51,025 nucleotides of DNA. Origin: Candidatus Methylomirabilia bacterium. Its GTDB lineage: Bacteria > Methylomirabilota > Methylomirabilia > Rokubacteriales > CSP1-6. The stretch lies in the NCBI GenBank assembly GCA_046758385.1, contig JBHIAB010000003.1, positions 1-51,025 of the forward strand, written 5' to 3'. The position numbers and the translations under genes are program-made. Below are positions 1-9,082 of the stretch, in pieces. The notes below the pieces were generated by a model. That model did not search any database. It had not been told where the DNA came from and worked only from the letters and a program-made list of their open reading frames with translations. Each line of letters starts with the position of its first letter. Position 1 is the first letter of the stretch.

Positions 1-105
1 CGCGACACAGTGGAAGCTCATCGCGAGCGTTATCGTCGCCATGGTGGTCGTCTACATGTCGCTCTACTGGGCCACCTCGTACCTGGGCCGGACCGCCTAC
101 TGATC
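1..105 (+). repeat. Direct repeat copy 1: 3' end of a MerT-like gene, duplicate of 17284..17388 (5' part lies outside the window)
   Basis: nt 1-105 match 17284-17388 with 2 mismatches (tctacAtgtc vs tctacGtgtc; acctcGtac vs acctcCtac). Both copies end in the same stop TGA (101-103 / 17384-17386) and diverge after tgatc. Confidence 0.95.
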
Positions 106-190
106 GCTCAGCGTTTGGCCATCTCACCTTCGCCACGGCGGGCAGCAGGAGGCCTTTGGCGACACCCGCGCTGACGCGCCGACTGGCCGA

Positions 191-628
191 CTACTCCTCA
201 ATGGCCTTCTGCCGCCGTTGCAGATAGGCGTTCTGCACCCCAGTGTAGAGGTCGCGCGTGGCCTCCTTGACGGTCTCGAATAGCTCCGGGTTGAGCGCCC
301 GATCATTGACGCGCTCCCCCGCCCCGATGGTCGTCAGCGCGGCGACCAGGAAAATGACATAGTTGAACGGATCCAGCGCCGCATCAACGCCGAACCCGAT
401 CCCATCGCGGACTGTGAGGTGGGGCAGAAACGGCAAGAGCAGGTAAGGTCCGGGACCCACGCCATAGATCGCCAGGGTCTGGCCGGTGTCCTCCTTGCTC
501 TCTTCGATCCCGAGCGTCTTCGCGACGTCAAAGAAGTCGGCTACGCCGACCGTCGTGTTGAGGAGGAAGCGCATTAGTTCCCGACCAGCTCCTTTGAGCT
601 TGAGCGGAAGGAGATTGTTCACCAGGCG
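191..628 (-). pseudogene. mlaA: N-terminally truncated MlaA/VacJ-family lipoprotein
   Basis: RLVNN..RFLLNTTVGVADFFDVA..EDTGQTLAIYGVGPGPYLLLPFL..TVRD aligns by eye to the C-terminal half of 25353..26231. Signal region and the DPWEPFN segment are absent. Confidence 0.8.
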
Positions 629-716
629 CGATCTTTCACTACCGAGTTGCCCGCGGTGCGCGGCTCCTACGCTGCGCCTGACCATTGCTCAACGCAGCGC
701 GAAAGGCACGCGATAC

Positions 717-1859
717 TCAATGGATAATCCAAGCAGTTTGCCACAGATTTCGGTGAAGAGCACGAAGTACATTAGCCCAGTTCCCACGCTCCTGCTGACG
801 ATTGCGCTCTCCATGTGAGATCACATCAGAGGCCTTTCTTCTGAGAGCAGCGAGGGACCTCCAACCTGTCAGCCCAACGCCGCCCCTCTCCAGGAAGAGG
901 AGGACGAGGGCTGCGGCGAGCGGCCACTGGAAGAGCTCCCTGGGCTCGGTAGCGGATTGCCCACGCCAACTCTTCAGCCGAGTTAGCGTCTGACTCAGTT
1001 CCCGGCCGGAAATGACTCTGGAATACCCTCCGTCGGTGCCGGCCGCGATCTCCTCCATGATGCCCTCATCGAACCGCGTCGTGACGACCTCCCCGTTCAA
1101 GGTCAGCCAGCCTGAAAACCTGCCATCGTCGTCGTACTGAGGGAGTTTCGACGGCAGGGGGCTCCCCAGGCCGAAGGCGAAGATCCGAATCCGGTTCGAT
1201 CGGGCCTCCGCGAGAGCCGAGCTCAGATCCTCCGGCTTGGCCTGCCCGCCGTCGGAAAAGAGGAGGAGCACCCGCTCCCCTTCCCGATCCCTGAAGAGTC
1301 GGACAGCGGCCCTAATCCCTTGCCCAATGTCGGATCCTCCGGAGGGAGCCGATTCGATGAAGACCCAGTTGGCAAAGATATATTTCAAGGCCGGATGGTC
1401 GACCGTAAGGGGGGCCTGCCGGAACGCCGCGCCCGCGAACGTGACGACGCCCACCCTCGTTCCCGCCAGGCCGGGAAGCGCGTCGAGGATCATCGCCTTC
1501 GCCTTGCCGAGGCGGGAGAGTTTCGGCGCGTAGTCTTGTGCGCCCATGCTCCGCGACACGTCGAGCAGCACGACGAGGTCGGTCGGTCTTTCGCGGTCTT
1601 CCCCCGATTTGGTGGCCAGCACCGGCCTGGCAAGAGCCACGACAACTGCGACCAGCGCCAGAGACAGGAAGAGTGGCCGCAGCCGCCGGGGCCATTCGGG
1701 CCCGAGATAGGAAAAGACACCCACGAGTGGGACATCGCCGAAGGCATTGAGAAACGCCTGCCGCCTCCTCATCTCAACCAGGATCAGTCCCAGGAGGACC
1801 GACAGAAGAGGAAGCAACCACACCGCCCAGGCGTTAGCGAAGCTGAGTGCCTTGATCAT
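717..1859 (-). CDS. VWA (MIDAS) membrane protein, MxaL/BatB-like
   Basis: N-terminal TM segments, LDVSRSM MIDAS motif, QDY..SRL..AK, SDGG, C-terminal TM; last gene of the MoxR operon. Confidence 0.85.
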   Translation of the reverse strand: MIKALSFANAWAVWLLPLLSVLLGLILVEMRRRQAFLNAFGDVPLVGVFSYLGPEWPRRLRPLFLSLALVAVVVALARPVLATKSGEDRERPTDLVVLLDVSRSMGAQDYAPKLSRLGKAKAMILDALPGLAGTRVGVVTFAGAAFRQAPLTVDHPALKYIFANWVFIESAPSGGSDIGQGIRAAVRLFRDREGERVLLLFSDGGQAKPEDLSSALAEARSNRIRIFAFGLGSPLPSKLPQYDDDGRFSGWLTLNGEVVTTRFDEGIMEEIAAGTDGGYSRVISGRELSQTLTRLKSWRGQSATEPRELFQWPLAAALVLLFLERGGVGLTGWRSLAALRRKASDVISHGERNRQQERGNWANVLRALHRNLWQTAWIIH

Positions 1860-1881
1860 TGACGGCTCGTGCTCCAGTTGC

Positions 1882-2436
1882 CTAGATGCCGGCCGTTCCG
1901 GCCTGAGAGCCGCCCTGACCCTTCTCGTCGCCGGACTTCTCCGCCTCTCGAGCCTGTCTCAGGGCGGCCTTGGTTCCCTCTCCCTCCGAGACGCCAAGTT
2001 GGGCGTACAGCATCTCGAGATTCGATTTGGCGTCCCAGTCCGAGGGATCCAGGCGGAGCGCCCCTCGATACATCTCCGCCGCCCCTCGCACATTCCCCTC
2101 CAGGGCGAGGAGGTTACCCAGGTTGTAGTAGGCCTTCGCCCGGAGGGTCGGCGATTGGCTCCGCGCAATCACGTCCTGGAAATGACGGGCTGCCAACTCG
2201 GACCGGCCGGCCGCGGAGGCGCTCACCCCTCGGTTGTAGGCGAGGAGGTCCTTGGAAGCGAGCACGTTCCCCTCCGCGCGATCCAGGTCCCGGTTGTCGA
2301 ACCTCCGTTCCTCGGTAGCCCTCGCGGCGGCGGCGATCAGATCGACATATCCGAGCTTGTGATACCAACCGAGCCCGACCCACATCATTCCGGCTACCAG
2401 GAGCCCGACGATGGCGGCGGTCCGATGCCAGCTCAT
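1882..2436 (-). CDS. TPR protein, MxaK/BatC-like
   Basis: N-terminal TM; YNRG..YYNLGN..YRGALRLDPSDWDAKSNLE TPR pattern. Confidence 0.8.
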   Translation of the reverse strand: MSWHRTAAIVGLLVAGMMWVGLGWYHKLGYVDLIAAAARATEERRFDNRDLDRAEGNVLASKDLLAYNRGVSASAAGRSELAARHFQDVIARSQSPTLRAKAYYNLGNLLALEGNVRGAAEMYRGALRLDPSDWDAKSNLEMLYAQLGVSEGEGTKAALRQAREAEKSGDEKGQGGSQAGTAGI

Positions 2437-2454
2437 GAGTCCCCCTTCCGCGGT

Positions 2455-3363
2455 TTAGGCAATTTGGGGAGCGAGAATCGCTCCGACCATAATGGCCAGC
2501 GACAAAAATGCCAGCCCCCCAAGCGCAAACCATGGATAAAGGTCCCGGTGGGTGAGCCGCTTCTCGACCACGATGACGGACGGCTCCAGCCGATCAATCT
2601 CCTGGAAACCGATCCAAAACTCGTCAGCCTTGCTGACTTTCCAGACCCGCCCTCCGCTTCGGCTCACGAGATCGAGGATCGGGGCGGAGTCACTGAGCTG
2701 AATCCCCAGGAGATAGAGATGCACACCCATGGCGACCAATTTCGCCTGGATCTCTTGCCGGAGGTGGGCAGGAAACGCCGCCTCTCCGTCCGTCACCAGG
2801 ATGATCGCCTTGGCGTTGGACTGGCCCAGTTCCTCAAGGTGTGCCAGAGCCCGCTCTAAGGGTTCGGCCAGATCGGTCCCGCCGAGGTCCGGGCGCAGCG
2901 CGTGGATCTTCTCTCGAATGACGTCCAGGTCACCGCTCAAGGGCCAGCTCCCATACGTCTCGTCACCGAAGACCAGGAGGCCAACGCGATCTCCCTCCCG
3001 TCGTTCGAGGAAGCGGATCGCGGCCTCTTTGGCGAGGTCGATCTTCGTGCCTCCCCCTGCGCTGAGGTGGGCTTGCATACTGCCCGAGAGATCGACGGCC
3101 AGGATGATGTCCCTCGCCTGGAGCCGTTCCGTTTCGATGGCGTGGCCCCACTGGGGCCGCGCGAGGGCCAGCAGGAGGAGGCAGATTCCGAGCCCCATCG
3201 TCCAACCCGCTAGCCGCGGCCACACCGAGACGCCAGGGGCGTCTGGGAAGAGACCGAGGCTCGAATAGCCGAGGTGGGGCGTTGTCCTCGCCAGCAGGAT
3301 GGGAAGGAAGAGGAACCCGAGAAGAAGGAGGAGGGGATCAACGAGTCCCACCGTTTCCACCAT
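2455..3363 (-). CDS. VWA (MIDAS) membrane protein, MxaC/BatA-like
   Basis: LALARPQ, VDLSGSM, DRVGLLVFG, GGTD, VTDGE, FQEIDRLE, C-terminal TM. Confidence 0.88.
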   Translation of the reverse strand: MVETVGLVDPLLLLLGFLFLPILLARTTPHLGYSSLGLFPDAPGVSVWPRLAGWTMGLGICLLLLALARPQWGHAIETERLQARDIILAVDLSGSMQAHLSAGGGTKIDLAKEAAIRFLERREGDRVGLLVFGDETYGSWPLSGDLDVIREKIHALRPDLGGTDLAEPLERALAHLEELGQSNAKAIILVTDGEAAFPAHLRQEIQAKLVAMGVHLYLLGIQLSDSAPILDLVSRSGGRVWKVSKADEFWIGFQEIDRLEPSVIVVEKRLTHRDLYPWFALGGLAFLSLAIMVGAILAPQIA

Positions 3364-4324
3364 GAGTGGGGCATCCGACTTGCTCGAGCCGACCGATCAG
3401 GGCGGTCACTTCTCGGATGATCTCGCCCCGTTCCGACAGGCTCGGCTCGTGTCCGTCATAGATGACTTTGTTGCACCGCTCCAAGACCTGTTCGAGGTCC
3501 TTCTCGAGCGGGTGTCCCCCGAAGCGCTCTGTGATCTGCTGGATCGTTTGAACGCGCGCGGGGATGCCACACTCCTCTGCCAGGAAGCGGCGCAGCACAC
3601 CGCTGACCTTGAGGAAAAAGTGAGGCGTCTTCTCCTCACAGGCCAGGTACCGCCCCCGCAGCACCTTGAGCGTCCGAATGGCCCGTCCCGCGGCCTGGGA
3701 GCCCTTCTCCCTGGCGCGTTGTTTCCACCACCGGGCGAAATCCCAAGCCAGCATCACCAGCGCCATCGCAAGGAACGCGGCGCCCAAGCTCACAGAGCCC
3801 CAGAAGAGCCATCCTGTCTGCGGGACCACGGAACCCTTCAGAGGCCTCAACGCCCGCGGACCGATGGCGGTGGGGGAGATGAAGAAGACGTGAGGGGGAA
3901 GGGTGACTGTGCGGTACACATACCCGCCGTCCACCGATCGGTCCTCCGGCAGCGCGAAGCGAAGCTCGAGAGGGGGAAAGACCACGCCCACGGCTTCCGT
4001 GGCCGGGACAAACGTCTGGAGGGCGAATTCGATGCGATAGGTCGAGCCTGAGTCGGTCCTGGTGTGGCGGGTCTGAACGCTCCGGACTTCGAAGGGCCCA
4101 ACCGCCTCCCCGCGATGGGGCAGGCTCTCCAGATCGATCACCACGCCGGTCTCCGCCTCGATCACCAAGATGAGGGGGAGCAGATCGCCGATATGGTAAC
4201 CAAAGTCCCTGGGGGTCTCGAACCGAGCGGAGATCGAAGGCTTCTCTCGCGGAGTTTCGGCCAGGAGAGAGCTCGGCCAGGCAGGGAGGGAGAACACGAA
4301 GGCCAGGATCACCCACTTCCGCAT
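3338..4324 (-). CDS. MxaA-like exported/membrane-anchored protein
   Basis: Signal peptide, PRDFGYHIGD motif (recalled as typical of MxaA), internal TM; sits between the DUF58 and VWA genes. Confidence 0.65.
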   Translation of the reverse strand: MRKWVILAFVFSLPAWPSSLLAETPREKPSISARFETPRDFGYHIGDLLPLILVIEAETGVVIDLESLPHRGEAVGPFEVRSVQTRHTRTDSGSTYRIEFALQTFVPATEAVGVVFPPLELRFALPEDRSVDGGYVYRTVTLPPHVFFISPTAIGPRALRPLKGSVVPQTGWLFWGSVSLGAAFLAMALVMLAWDFARWWKQRAREKGSQAAGRAIRTLKVLRGRYLACEEKTPHFFLKVSGVLRRFLAEECGIPARVQTIQQITERFGGHPLEKDLEQVLERCNKVIYDGHEPSLSERGEIIREVTALIGRLEQVGCPTHGGNGGTR

Positions 4325-5196
4325 CGACCCGCCCTCCGATGCAGGAAAAGCCTGGCGATCTCCGTCAGAGGATCGATAGTGGGGTTCACTCGCAGGGCAT
4401 CGACCCCAGCCCCTCTGAAGAGCGCGGTCAGCTCCTCATCGCGTCTCCTCAGCTTCTCCAGCCAGGCCTCGCGAACCTTTCGGGTCAGCCAGATGCTCCG
4501 ATGCGCTCCCGTCTCGAGGTCTCGCATGTGGATGAACCCGATCCCTTCGGGGAGCGACCGCTCTCGCGGGTCTTCGATGACCACCGGAACGAGGTCGTGG
4601 TGGCGGGCCGCCGTCCTCACTGTCGGCGCCAGCACGGCCAGGTCCTGCTGGAAATCGGATAGCGCGAAGAGAAGCGACCGCTTTCTGGGCAGGCGATCGA
4701 GCACCGTGGAGAAATAGGCCCCCCCACGGGGGCGTGCCTCAGCGCGCAAAACGGCTGCCGGGATCAGGAGCCGGTACTGCGCGGAACACCGCAGCGGCCA
4801 GTAACTCTCGACCTTCGAGGTATAACCGACGAAGCCAACCGGGTCGCCGGTACGCCAGGCGGCGTGGGCCAACACCGCCGCGATCTCTGCCGCTACCCTT
4901 CGTTTCGAGGCCCGCTTCGTTCCAAAGTCCATGGAGCCGCTCAGATCGACGGCCAGGACGACTTGGAGCTGGCGCTCTTCGATCAGGGTATTCTTGAGGA
5001 CCCGCATGCCGCCGGTCCGCGCGGTGGCGGCCCAGTTGATCCACCGCGGATCGTCCCCGAGGTCATAGCGAGTGAGCTTCTCAAACTCGAGACCGGCGCC
5101 TCGAAACCAACTCGGCCGTCTCCCCGCACCGTCCTGGGAGACGTACCATCGGATGTAGAAATCCACACGGGCGAGCTTTTGCAGGAGGTCGTTCAT
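4309..5196 (-). CDS. DUF58 family protein (MxaS-like)
   Basis: GAGLEF..RYDLGDDPRWINWAATAR, VDLSGSMDFG, LSDF, DPRE motifs. Confidence 0.92.
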   Translation of the reverse strand: MNDLLQKLARVDFYIRWYVSQDGAGRRPSWFRGAGLEFEKLTRYDLGDDPRWINWAATARTGGMRVLKNTLIEERQLQVVLAVDLSGSMDFGTKRASKRRVAAEIAAVLAHAAWRTGDPVGFVGYTSKVESYWPLRCSAQYRLLIPAAVLRAEARPRGGAYFSTVLDRLPRKRSLLFALSDFQQDLAVLAPTVRTAARHHDLVPVVIEDPRERSLPEGIGFIHMRDLETGAHRSIWLTRKVREAWLEKLRRRDEELTALFRGAGVDALRVNPTIDPLTEIARLFLHRRAGRCGSG

Positions 5197-6269
5197 GGCA
5201 CTCGAACCTCTGCGAGGATCTGCCGGATCGCCTCGTCGGCCGTGAAGCCCTCTGCCTCAGCCCCGTACTCCAGGATGATCCGATGCCGGAGGACATCCGT
5301 GGCGACCTCTTGAATGTCCTCCGGGTGGACCGAGTAGCGACCGTTGAAGAAGGCCTGGACCCTGGCGGCGTCGCGCAAAGCCAGCGTAGCCCGGGGCGAT
5401 GCCCCGATCTTGATCCTCCCCTCCAACTCCTTGAGCCGGTACCCGAGCGGATCTCGGGTCGCACAGCAGAGGTCCACGATGTAGAGTTGGGCCGGCCTCT
5501 TCACCTTGACCAATCCCTTGATCGCTTCCCTAAGAGAGACCATATCTTCCGGCTTGAGGATGCCGCGGACACCTTCGAGATGATCCCGTTGATCCAGATA
5601 CGGATTCTCGAGAATTCCCACCTCCGCCTCCCTGGTGGGGTATGACACCAGGAGCTTGAAGAGAAACCGATCGAGCTGGGCCTCCGGAAGCGGATACGTT
5701 CCTTCTTGTTCGATGGGATTCTGGGTCGCCAGCACGATGAACGGGTCCGCGAGCGCGAATGTCTCCTTCCCCAAGATCGTCACCTGCCGCTCTTGCATCG
5801 CTTGGAGCAAGGCGGCCTGGGTCTTCGCGGGCGCCCGGTTAATCTCGTCCACCAGGACGAGGTTTGGGCCGATGATGGGTCCTGTCTCGACTTCGAAGCG
5901 GTCGTCGACGTAGAGGTAGGTCCCGACAATATCGCTCGGCATCATGTCCGGGACCATCTGGATCCTCTGAAACGTCCCTCCGATGGCTTTCCCCAAGGCG
6001 GAGACCAGGAGCGTCTTGGCCAACCCGGGGGCGCCCTCGAGCAGCACGTGTCCATCCGACAGGAGCGCGATGGACACCTTTTGGATGAGGCGCCGCTGCC
6101 CGACTACGACCCTTTCGACCTCGTCGATCACCCGATGGATGCCGTCCAAGTTGTCCGGTCCCATGGGGAGACCCTGAAGGGAGGCCGCCTCGTCCTCGGG
6201 AATGGCGATCGGCGTGGATTGGACCGAGGGCCGAACCGAGTTTCTATCGGTTCTCTTTCGTGAGGTCAT
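5193..6269 (-). CDS. moxR: MoxR-family AAA+ ATPase (MxaR-like)
   Basis: GHVLLEGAPGLAKT (Walker A), LVDEINRAPAKTQAALL (Walker B), ATQNPIEQEGTYPLPEAQLDRF, GASPRA. Confidence 0.96.
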   Translation of the reverse strand: MTSRKRTDRNSVRPSVQSTPIAIPEDEAASLQGLPMGPDNLDGIHRVIDEVERVVVGQRRLIQKVSIALLSDGHVLLEGAPGLAKTLLVSALGKAIGGTFQRIQMVPDMMPSDIVGTYLYVDDRFEVETGPIIGPNLVLVDEINRAPAKTQAALLQAMQERQVTILGKETFALADPFIVLATQNPIEQEGTYPLPEAQLDRFLFKLLVSYPTREAEVGILENPYLDQRDHLEGVRGILKPEDMVSLREAIKGLVKVKRPAQLYIVDLCCATRDPLGYRLKELEGRIKIGASPRATLALRDAARVQAFFNGRYSVHPEDIQEVATDVLRHRIILEYGAEAEGFTADEAIRQILAEVRVP

Positions 6270-6521
6270 GGGTGAACTCGGGATAAACCGTAATATTGTT
6301 CCAGTTGGTCTGGAAGGTTGCTGACTGCGTTAGTTCAGCCGGTTCCCGATAAGATGGCGCAAGCGGCGGGGAGGATTCGCAACGGGCTCCAGAAAAGTGG
6401 CGAACGCCACAAGCCCCGATTTCGGGCGAGTCGGCCCGAACGTGAGGTCACTCGCTGAAACTTTCTGCGAGCGCCGGCACTCCTAGAAGCAAGAGAAGGC
6501 TGGCTCACGAGAGAGGGGACA

Positions 6522-6605
6522 ATGCCACGCACATCCAAGATGATCGAAATGGAGCGGCGACGCGTCGAGATGCCGCTCTTTCCAGTGTTCAACTTCACAC
6601 ATTAA
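6522..6605 (+). CDS. Putative 27-aa peptide MPRTSKMIEMERRRVEMPLFPVFNFTH
   Basis: Purine-rich SD (gagagggga) before the ATG; its stop abuts the SD of the next gene. No homology evidence. Confidence 0.3.
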   Translation: MPRTSKMIEMERRRVEMPLFPVFNFTH

Positions 6606-6618
6606 GGGGAGATCACCA

Positions 6619-6864
6619 GTGTTTGGATGGGCCAAGGTGACTTGTACGGTCTGCAACGCTCGAGTTCCAAGGAAGGGAGCGCTACGGGGCCGCGATCGGC
6701 GCGACGTAGCGGTCTGCCACGCATGCTCTGAACAGTGGTATCGCAACGGACGGACGTGTGCAGGGTGCGAGACCCCGGTACGCGTCACTCAGGAGGTCGG
6801 GTTTTTTCTTGATCGTCACGGCCTCGGCCATGCGGATTGCGGCTCAATCTGGCTAGGCGGATGA
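6619..6864 (+). CDS. Small Cys-rich putative double zinc-finger protein
   Basis: CTVC, CHAC, CAGC and HADC motifs in 81 aa; SD aggggag before the GTG. Confidence 0.7.
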   Translation: MFGWAKVTCTVCNARVPRKGALRGRDRRDVAVCHACSEQWYRNGRTCAGCETPVRVTQEVGFFLDRHGLGHADCGSIWLGG

Positions 6865-6962
6865 GGTCGGCCCACTCGCCGAGCTGCCGTACCCCGCGCA
6901 CCGGCGCGTGATGCCTCGTCTACCTTAGAAAGACTCCTGCAAGACACCCGTTCCGCTCGCGG

Positions 6963-8066
6963 TCACGTCGCCACAGATGTTGGCAGCTTCACCAATGCAA
7001 AACGCCGCATGAGAGCCGTGCCCCCTGAGGCGAGCCACTCCTTGGTCGAGGTGTAGCCGAAGCGCAAGGCCGCGCGGCTGGCCTCGAAGCCCATGGAGGG
7101 ACCGCCGAGAGGGCCCTCGTTGGCTTCGGGCTGGACGAGGAAGATGTCTGGCTTGGGGTGCTTGGCGTGGAGCTCTCGGAGTTCCAGCTCGAGGAGGTTC
7201 CGGCTGGTGATCCGGCTGGCCTGCTCCATGATAGAGTACACGCCCTGCTCCTTGACGTGCCCCTTTGCCGCCCCATCCCGTTCCCCCATCGCCACCAGCG
7301 GGTTGACCACCACCACGAGTTCCGCCCCTGCCTGGATGGCCAGGTCGGCGTGAGCCGTGTACCCGACCCCGCCATCTATGTAGTCGCGGGTGTTGAGAGT
7401 GTAGGGCTCGAAGAAGCCGGGGATGACCGAGGAGGCAGCGATGGCGTGTGAGATGGGAACCTGTGCCAGCTCTCCAAGGCCGAAGACAGCTCGCTCGGCA
7501 CGGTCCAAGTCCACCGCCGGGATCAGCAGGGTCCTGGGCAGACTGCGGAAGTCGTTGGAGAGCCCTTTGGCCTCAAAGGTTCGGCGCATATAGGACTCGA
7601 GCTGGTCGAGAGAAAAGAAGCCCGTGGGGAGGTGTCCCTGGGCCCTGGAGAGGAGGTCGGGGAGCGGGGTCCGCAGTCCGGTGACGGCCTGCCTGGCGAC
7701 CACCCAGACGAGCTTCCCCAACCGTCGCGCGGCGCGGCCCAAGGCGAGCCGGTCATATACCGAGGTCCCTTGGAAGTTCATCGGATCGGGAAGCCCCTGG
7801 TCCAGAATCTGGTAGAGAACCGAAGGAGAGACCCCGTTGGCCAGGAGCGAGGCCACCACCGAGCCGGCGCTGGTCCCCACGTAGATGTCAAAGTTGTTGG
7901 CCTCGAAGCCCGGAAGAGATTCGTCCAGGGCCGCCAGGGCTCCCACCTCGTACATCCCGCCAATGACACCACCGCCGGCTAGGGCGAGGGCGCGCGTGGC
8001 GGGACCCTGGCGCCAGAGCCTCCGAACCCATTCTCTGACCGGCTTCGCCGCTCTGGCAGGTCTCAC
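6963..8066 (-). CDS. Patatin-like phospholipase/esterase
   Basis: GGGVIG oxyanion motif, GTSAG nucleophile motif, DGG catalytic Asp. Exact start uncertain. Confidence 0.92.
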   Translation of the reverse strand: MRPARAAKPVREWVRRLWRQGPATRALALAGGGVIGGMYEVGALAALDESLPGFEANNFDIYVGTSAGSVVASLLANGVSPSVLYQILDQGLPDPMNFQGTSVYDRLALGRAARRLGKLVWVVARQAVTGLRTPLPDLLSRAQGHLPTGFFSLDQLESYMRRTFEAKGLSNDFRSLPRTLLIPAVDLDRAERAVFGLGELAQVPISHAIAASSVIPGFFEPYTLNTRDYIDGGVGYTAHADLAIQAGAELVVVVNPLVAMGERDGAAKGHVKEQGVYSIMEQASRITSRNLLELELRELHAKHPKPDIFLVQPEANEGPLGGPSMGFEASRAALRFGYTSTKEWLASGGTALMRRFALVKLPTSVAT

Positions 8067-8113
8067 TAGGTCGAAACTCCTCTGCGGCTTGGCCTTCGGC
8101 TGAGCGCAGCCCT

Positions 8114-8467
8114 CTATCGGGTCTGTTCTCTGAGCTCGTGGGGGAACTCAGGGAAAAGCATGGGCTTGTAGTTCCGGGGCACCGGGACTGGGAAGGTGGC
8201 AACCTCGTAGGCCCCGACGCCGGTCCGGAGCACCCCCCAGCCGACCCCCTTCAGGGCCCCCACGGTCAGGCCATAGGGGACCCCGTGCTCAACGCTCTCG
8301 TAGTAGATCGTCTTGGGCCACTCCGTGACGAACCCCAGGGTGAGGTTCGCAAAACCTCGAAGCGCCTTCACGCCCATCCGGCCGGCGATTGACTCTGCGG
8401 CCAGGGCAGGATTGGCCGTTCCGAGAAAAAGGGCCAGGACCGACAAGATGCAGACAAACCGTCTCAT
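8114..8467 (-). CDS. Exported/membrane protein resembling the exosortase-system-associated TIGR04073 family
   Basis: SD ggaggag before ATG 8467; signal peptide; KALRGFANLTLG..EWPK..RTGVGAYEVATFPVP pattern. Confidence 0.65.
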   Translation of the reverse strand: MRRFVCILSVLALFLGTANPALAAESIAGRMGVKALRGFANLTLGFVTEWPKTIYYESVEHGVPYGLTVGALKGVGWGVLRTGVGAYEVATFPVPVPRNYKPMLFPEFPHELREQTR

Positions 8468-8952
8468 TGTGTTCTCCTCCCTTCGTCGCTCCACCGGCCG
8501 GCGATAGCGGCTTGCCATCACGCCGCCATAGAGCGGGTGGGCCACCTGGCTCATCATCCTGAGGAGCCTGGGGCAGGTGTTCTTCTCTGCGGTCGCATCG
8601 CTTCGCATGTGTCAGAACTTGGACCGTTCGATTCACCCATACGATGGGCCAAGGGCGCCGGAGGATTGGACGAGATTCCCGAATCTCCAGACTGGATAAC
8701 GACCTCATAGAAAAGACCGAGGCGTTGCGCCCAGTGTCAGGCTCTTTGCGTGGGAATTTCCACACTTCGACTCGGGTCAGTCGGATGATCCGATCGTCTG
8801 TGCAGCGGCGAGCTTAGGGATTTTTCAGAGTGACGAAGGTCGAAAGGAAGAGTAGCGCAGATGGCTGAAGTCCTGACCACCATCACCGCCTGCCGCGCTG
8901 AGATTAGGAAGGCTCGCGCCCGCGGTCTGACCGTGAGGGTGAACGGAAATTT

Positions 8953-9078
8953 ATGATGCTTGACACACCAGTGGGCCTCCTCATTACCGGGACCTCCTTT
9001 CTGATCCTCTTCCTCATTCTGGTAAGTCTCGGCGGCAGAGGAGTCCGAAGGCGCCAGAACCGACTGCCCGGAATGTGA
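8953..9078 (+). CDS. Putative 41-aa single-pass membrane peptide
   Basis: MMLDTPVGLLITGTSFLILFLILVSLGGRGVRRRQNRLPGM: hydrophobic helix followed by a basic tail. ATGA overlap with the upstream short ORF; ends 4 nt before the primase-like gene. Confidence 0.4.
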   Translation: MMLDTPVGLLITGTSFLILFLILVSLGGRGVRRRQNRLPGM

Positions 9079-9082
9079 ACCC

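Noticed and set aside
1747-2859. 370-aa plus-strand ORF
   Set aside because: Antisense to the TPR and VWA genes.
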